This document shows positions 59,785 to 64,000 of a stretch of DNA of 64,000 nucleotides, in pieces (the stretch's first letter is position 1; each line of letters starts with the position of its first letter). Source of the DNA: Candidatus Ozemobacteraceae bacterium. GTDB taxonomy: Bacteria > Muiribacteriota > Ozemobacteria > Ozemobacterales > Ozemobacteraceae. The stretch covers positions 4,672,001 through 4,736,000 of the forward strand of contig OZ223236.1 of the NCBI GenBank assembly GCA_965140445.1, given 5' to 3'. The notes under the pieces were generated by a model. That model had not been told where the DNA came from, did not search any database, and worked only from the letters and a program-made list of their open reading frames with translations. Position numbers and translations under genes: made by a program.

Positions 59785-61731
59785 ATGAAAAGCAGGTTAA
59801 ACAACCTTTTACTCGCAGTTATATTTTTGCAGATTGTTTTCTTGGTTGGCTGCGGAAGCGACAAAGATAGCACCATTACAGCAAAAAAAGACGAGCAGAA
59901 AACAAAGGTTGAAAAATCTGCAGCAAAACCTCTTGAAAAAATAAAGGTTAAAGAGACTGAACCGAAAGAAAAAAAACCGTTAAAGCCTTTGCCTAAAACG
60001 ATAAAAATTAAACTGGGCAACGGAATCAAACTCGAACTTGTTAAAATCAAAGCCGGGAAGTTTGTCATGGGTCAGATCGGGGGCGAGGAGAATGAACAGC
60101 CCGTCAGGGAAGTCACCTTGACCAAAGATTTTCTTATTGGCAAATTTGAAGTTACTCAGGAACAGTATAAAGTAATGATGGGAAACAACCCTTCAAATTA
60201 CACACCTGCCAATAGTTATAAAGATACAAGCAAGCTACCAGTTGAGAATGTTACCAGAGTTGAAGCGGAAATGTTCTGCAATGAGTTAAGTAAAAAAATG
60301 GGTTTAACTCCATGCTACAGGATTGAACCCGGGGAAAAACTAAGTGAAACTCTAGTTTTCTGGGAAGATGATGGTAACGGCTTTCGTTTACCAACAGAGG
60401 CTGAGTGGGAGTACTGTTGCAGAGCTGGCACCCCCACAAAGTATTTCTGGGGAGATGAAGTCAGTGAACAGAATTACACCGAATATGTCTGGTGTAGAGA
60501 AAATGCCGATAGCACTGGATGGAAAAATCCACACGCCGAAAAAAGCGGAACCCAGCCCGTCGGCACAAAATCAGCCAACCCATGGGGATTGCATGATATG
60601 TATGGAAACGTAGCAGAATGGTGCTGGGATAAGTTTTCTGATGACTATAGCAATTTGGATGGCGATCCTTTGATTGATCCAAGGGGAGGGAGCTCAGCTT
60701 TTGAAGCTGTTTTACGAGGCGGAGCCTATTTTTCGGATGCTAAGGACTGTTATTCGGCCAAAAGGCTTTCTTTGTCTTCTTGTGAAAAAGATTGCGACCA
60801 TAACGGTTTCAGAGTAGTAAAAGAAAACTGGCGAAGTTCTATTCTGCCGCGAAAAAAAAGCCCAAAAAAGCACCAAACAAAGCAAACGAGTAGCAATGTA
60901 TCTCCTTCAGCAACAAAAAAACTCGCTCTGGAACTTGGTAATGGCATTGAGATGCAGTTTGTGAAAATAGAACCAGGCAAATTCATAATGGGCTATGAAA
61001 ACGGCTCCCCCGATACTAATAAGGTCAGAGAGGTTACTATATCAAGCAGCTTTCTATGCGGAAAATATGAGATTTCTCAATCACAGTTTGAAGAAATAAT
61101 GGGATACAATCCCTCATTTTATAAATCCGCTGAAGCGAAAAACTTCCCTGTTGAATCCGTATCCTGGTATGAAGCCGTATCATTTTGCAATAAACTGAGC
61201 CTGAAAGCTGGACTGGTTCCATGCTACACAAATCAAAATAATGACTATGAAATCTCTCAAAATGACTATGTTGAATGCGATTGGAACGCATCAGGTTATA
61301 GGTTGCCCACAGAAGCTGAGTGGGAATATTGTTGCCGCGCTGGAACGACTTCGAAGCATTTTTGGGGCGACTCGGATGAAAATGCTGAGATTGACAAATA
61401 TGCCTGTAGCAGAAGTAATTCAGGATACAAATTATTCAAAAAGGGATCAGGAAAACCAAATCAGGTGGGAACTTTAGCACCCAACCCATGGGGATTGCAT
61501 GACATTTGCGGTAATGTTTGGGAATGGTGTTGGGACTGGTATGGTCATAACTATTATTCAGTAGGCCCTGACAAGGACCCAAGAGGACCCAAAGGTGGCA
61601 ACAACCGCATTGTAAGGGGTGGCGGATTTGAATCTGGTTATCATGGGTTCAGATCCTATTATCGATACAAACAATCGTTTGAAAACTATAAAGACAGTTG
61701 CACTGGCTTCAGGGTTGTAACCAAAAGCTAG
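59785..61731 (+). CDS. Lipoprotein with two FGE-sulfatase/SUMF1 (CLec-fold) domains
   Basis: Lipobox LVGC; two copies of RLPTEAEWEY, NPWGLHD..GNV.EWCWD, RGG, GFRVV. Confidence 0.9.
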   Translation: MKSRLNNLLLAVIFLQIVFLVGCGSDKDSTITAKKDEQKTKVEKSAAKPLEKIKVKETEPKEKKPLKPLPKTIKIKLGNGIKLELVKIKAGKFVMGQIGGEENEQPVREVTLTKDFLIGKFEVTQEQYKVMMGNNPSNYTPANSYKDTSKLPVENVTRVEAEMFCNELSKKMGLTPCYRIEPGEKLSETLVFWEDDGNGFRLPTEAEWEYCCRAGTPTKYFWGDEVSEQNYTEYVWCRENADSTGWKNPHAEKSGTQPVGTKSANPWGLHDMYGNVAEWCWDKFSDDYSNLDGDPLIDPRGGSSAFEAVLRGGAYFSDAKDCYSAKRLSLSSCEKDCDHNGFRVVKENWRSSILPRKKSPKKHQTKQTSSNVSPSATKKLALELGNGIEMQFVKIEPGKFIMGYENGSPDTNKVREVTISSSFLCGKYEISQSQFEEIMGYNPSFYKSAEAKNFPVESVSWYEAVSFCNKLSLKAGLVPCYTNQNNDYEISQNDYVECDWNASGYRLPTEAEWEYCCRAGTTSKHFWGDSDENAEIDKYACSRSNSGYKLFKKGSGKPNQVGTLAPNPWGLHDICGNVWEWCWDWYGHNYYSVGPDKDPRGPKGGNNRIVRGGGFESGYHGFRSYYRYKQSFENYKDSCTGFRVVTKS

Positions 61732-61807
61732 CCTTTATAGTTCCTTTTATGGTTAGTTGAACTGTTTGCAACCTCTATCTACGTTAAACCCTGAAATGGA
61801 GATGCCT

Positions 61808-63034
61808 ATGAAAAAGTTGGTTTTCTTGCTTTTCATCTTTTGCTTAAGTCCCTTTCTTTTTGCGGATGAAAACATTACTGGGTCCAAAGACTTACAATCT
61901 GCAATTCCAAATGAGAATTTAGCTCTTTATCATGAACTAAGCAGGACTTTGAAATCAGACAAGAATTCTTTTCCAATTCAAAATGATGACCCACTTCCTA
62001 AGTTTGTCCCGGGGTTATTTATGGCAGGAAGCGGATTTGGAGTAGCAAAAAAAGATTCCCAACGCTGGAAAGAGCTTATGGCATGTCTCGACGCATTTAA
62101 AAACATGAAAGTTGATGGTGTGGCAATTATGATTTCTGCGCCTGACATTTATATTGATAAGGAACATTCTTTAATTTCATTCTATCGGGAACTTGCTAAT
62201 GAGATTCGTTCTCGAAAAATGAAAATATATATTGAACACTTTATTAATCCGCCATTTGGTAAAAATGTAATAAAAGGATTTAAAGACACAGTAAAGGGAA
62301 GACAACAGTTTTTGGAAACCATGAAGGATGAACTGTTACAGATCTATTCGGAAATTAAGCCAGATTTTCTCAGCTTGCTTACTGAGCCTGAAACACTGAT
62401 TAGATGGACACATCTAAGCTATACTGAAAATGAGCTGGTTAGCTGGGTGGAAGATGTTGCCCAAAGCCTGAAAAAAACAGGAGCAAGTCCAAATACATTG
62501 TTAGGCGCAGGTGGGGGAACCTGGGAATCAAAAATTTTTTTCCTTGAGCTTGCCAGACAAAAGGGTCTTGACTATATAGATTTTCATCTTTATGCACTCA
62601 ATCTTGACCGCATCAATCAGGTTGAAAAATTAAGCGAGCTTATTGATCAAATTAGAAAAACCAGACCAAAGATTATTTTTACTATTGGTGAAACATGGCT
62701 TTATAAGCATGGAAAAGCCGAGCCAAAAGGGATGTTCTGCAGGGAAGCTTTTTTTCGGGATAATTTCAGTTTTTGGAGCCCTTTGGACCAGCAATTCATT
62801 GAATTAATCTCAGGCATCGCCCAAAAGAAAAAAATAGCGGCTATAGTTCCATATTTCAGCCAATATTTCTTTTCATATTACAGTTTTGGTGATAATGAGT
62901 CAGCTAAGTTGCCTCAATGGCCAATAAGCATCATGTCTTCCTGGAAGAACGCCAATAAGAGTATCCAAGAAAAAACTCTATCCCCCACCGGCATTCGTCT
63001 CAAAAAACTAATTTCAGATCACCAGAATGATTAA
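61808..63034 (+). CDS. Exported TIM-barrel protein, possibly a clan GH-A glycoside hydrolase
   Basis: Signal peptide; TEP, DYIDFHLY, IGETW. Confidence 0.55.
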   Translation: MKKLVFLLFIFCLSPFLFADENITGSKDLQSAIPNENLALYHELSRTLKSDKNSFPIQNDDPLPKFVPGLFMAGSGFGVAKKDSQRWKELMACLDAFKNMKVDGVAIMISAPDIYIDKEHSLISFYRELANEIRSRKMKIYIEHFINPPFGKNVIKGFKDTVKGRQQFLETMKDELLQIYSEIKPDFLSLLTEPETLIRWTHLSYTENELVSWVEDVAQSLKKTGASPNTLLGAGGGTWESKIFFLELARQKGLDYIDFHLYALNLDRINQVEKLSELIDQIRKTRPKIIFTIGETWLYKHGKAEPKGMFCREAFFRDNFSFWSPLDQQFIELISGIAQKKKIAAIVPYFSQYFFSYYSFGDNESAKLPQWPISIMSSWKNANKSIQEKTLSPTGIRLKKLISDHQND

Positions 63035-63039
63035 TTTTG

Positions 63040-63810
63040 CTAGATTCGAGTACAGACCCAGACTTCTTCTGCAGGGTATTTTGCTGCCCATTCCTTTGTA
63101 ACTATACCGTCGTCCTCATTTGTAAAAGCTGGTAATTCGTGTAAAGCATCTATTCTAAAGCCCTTACTAGTCAATAACTCAATCCATTTTCCGTGGGTCA
63201 GATGAAACTCTGTTTCGGCTGGCGAATCTGGCCATTTTACTTTGTGTATGCCAAGATATGGGCGAAGAAGTTCATACCCGGGAGGACCACCATCCTCAAG
63301 TTCTGGGCAGGTCAATGTAAAAAAAATGGAATTAGTTAAGAATACAAGCTTACCGCCTTTTTTGATTACTCTTGATGCTTCTGGCAACCAGAGATAAGGG
63401 TCTGACCATAAAGAAGAGCCATATTCTGAAATTATAAAATCAAAACTGGCATCTTCAAAAGGCAAATTTTCTCCGCAACCTTCAAGAAAATTTATCTTGA
63501 GCTTATGCTTATCCGCCATCTCACGAGCAGTTTCTATCTGAACGGGAGTAGGATCAATTCCAGTTACATTTGCCCCTCTTCGAGCCATCCATGAAGACAC
63601 ATAACCTGATCCGCAACCAATTTCAAGTGCATGTAAACCATCCATTTGCACTGGAAGCAAGTTGAGTCCTTTATCTGGTGTTTTCCAAATCCCCCAGCAA
63701 GGCTCCATTTCCCATCTTTGGATGATAGACGCTTTCTGGGATTGAGAATATTCCGTCCAATTGTCCACGTTACCTTGCAGATAATCGGGTTTTGTTTGAT
63801 TATTTTTCAT
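63040..63810 (-). CDS. Class I SAM-dependent methyltransferase
   Basis: LEIGCGSG, GIDPT, LPFEDASFDFII. Confidence 0.9.
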   Translation of the reverse strand: MKNNQTKPDYLQGNVDNWTEYSQSQKASIIQRWEMEPCWGIWKTPDKGLNLLPVQMDGLHALEIGCGSGYVSSWMARRGANVTGIDPTPVQIETAREMADKHKLKINFLEGCGENLPFEDASFDFIISEYGSSLWSDPYLWLPEASRVIKKGGKLVFLTNSIFFTLTCPELEDGGPPGYELLRPYLGIHKVKWPDSPAETEFHLTHGKWIELLTSKGFRIDALHELPAFTNEDDGIVTKEWAAKYPAEEVWVCTRI

Positions 63811-63882
63811 TGTTTTGTTCCTTTAAACATCCCTTCAGCAATTTCAGAGCCGCTTGAAACAGAGAAAGTTTTTCAGATTAGC

Positions 63883-63999
63883 TCATTCTTGTTTTTGGTG
63901 TGAAAGATCACTAATAGATGCTTTACCACCGATTGGCATAATTAATTCCAGAACAATCAGATCAGCAGTCTTTTTTGCTGCATCAAATGGAAATGAAAA
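63883..63999 (-). CDS. Possible 3' end of a gene entering from the right edge
   Basis: Open frame FSFPFDAAKKTADLIVLELIMPIGGKASISDLSHQKQE then stop. Confidence 0.35.
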   Translation of the reverse strand, partial: FSFPFDAAKKTADLIVLELIMPIGGKASISDLSHQKQE

Positions 64000-64000
64000 T

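Noticed and set aside
873..63903. Many short antisense or alternate-frame ORFs in the track (e.g. 3001-3492, 10296-10685, 32286-32693, 39521-39967)
   Set aside because: They overlap well-supported genes and show no recognisable motifs; treated as shadow ORFs

Overview
AT-rich chromosomal window from a diderm bacterium (LPS heptose genes gmhB and GT9). The protein style suggests Candidatus Riflebacteria or a relative, which is inference only. Core genes: tig-clpP-clpX, purine salvage (mtnP, PfkB kinase, NTT-like transporter), hfq, ligA, queE, mutM, and competence/type IV pilus parts (three minor pilins, comEA, comEC, short ssb). Accessory genes cluster at about 13-17.5 kb and 51-64 kb. No rRNA, tRNA, CRISPR array, transposase, integrase or reverse transcriptase was seen. 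The best candidate for an undescribed system lies right after hfq: two tandem enhancer-like 17-bp pseudo-palindromes, a consensus sigma54 promoter and an ~85-nt three-hairpin non-coding RNA whose middle loop carries an anti-Shine-Dalgarno/anti-AUG seed, with a candidate target RBS at 52126-52142. Other highlights: a 1047-aa tubulin/FtsZ-like GTPase next to vWA and TPR genes, a decayed LeuRS-like C-terminal domain upstream of comEA, ComEC with an unrecognised C-terminal domain, a decaheme cytochrome near a beta-barrel gene that probably starts at ATA, and several gene relics missed by the ORF track. All family calls come from recognising motifs by eye; no searches or folding were run.
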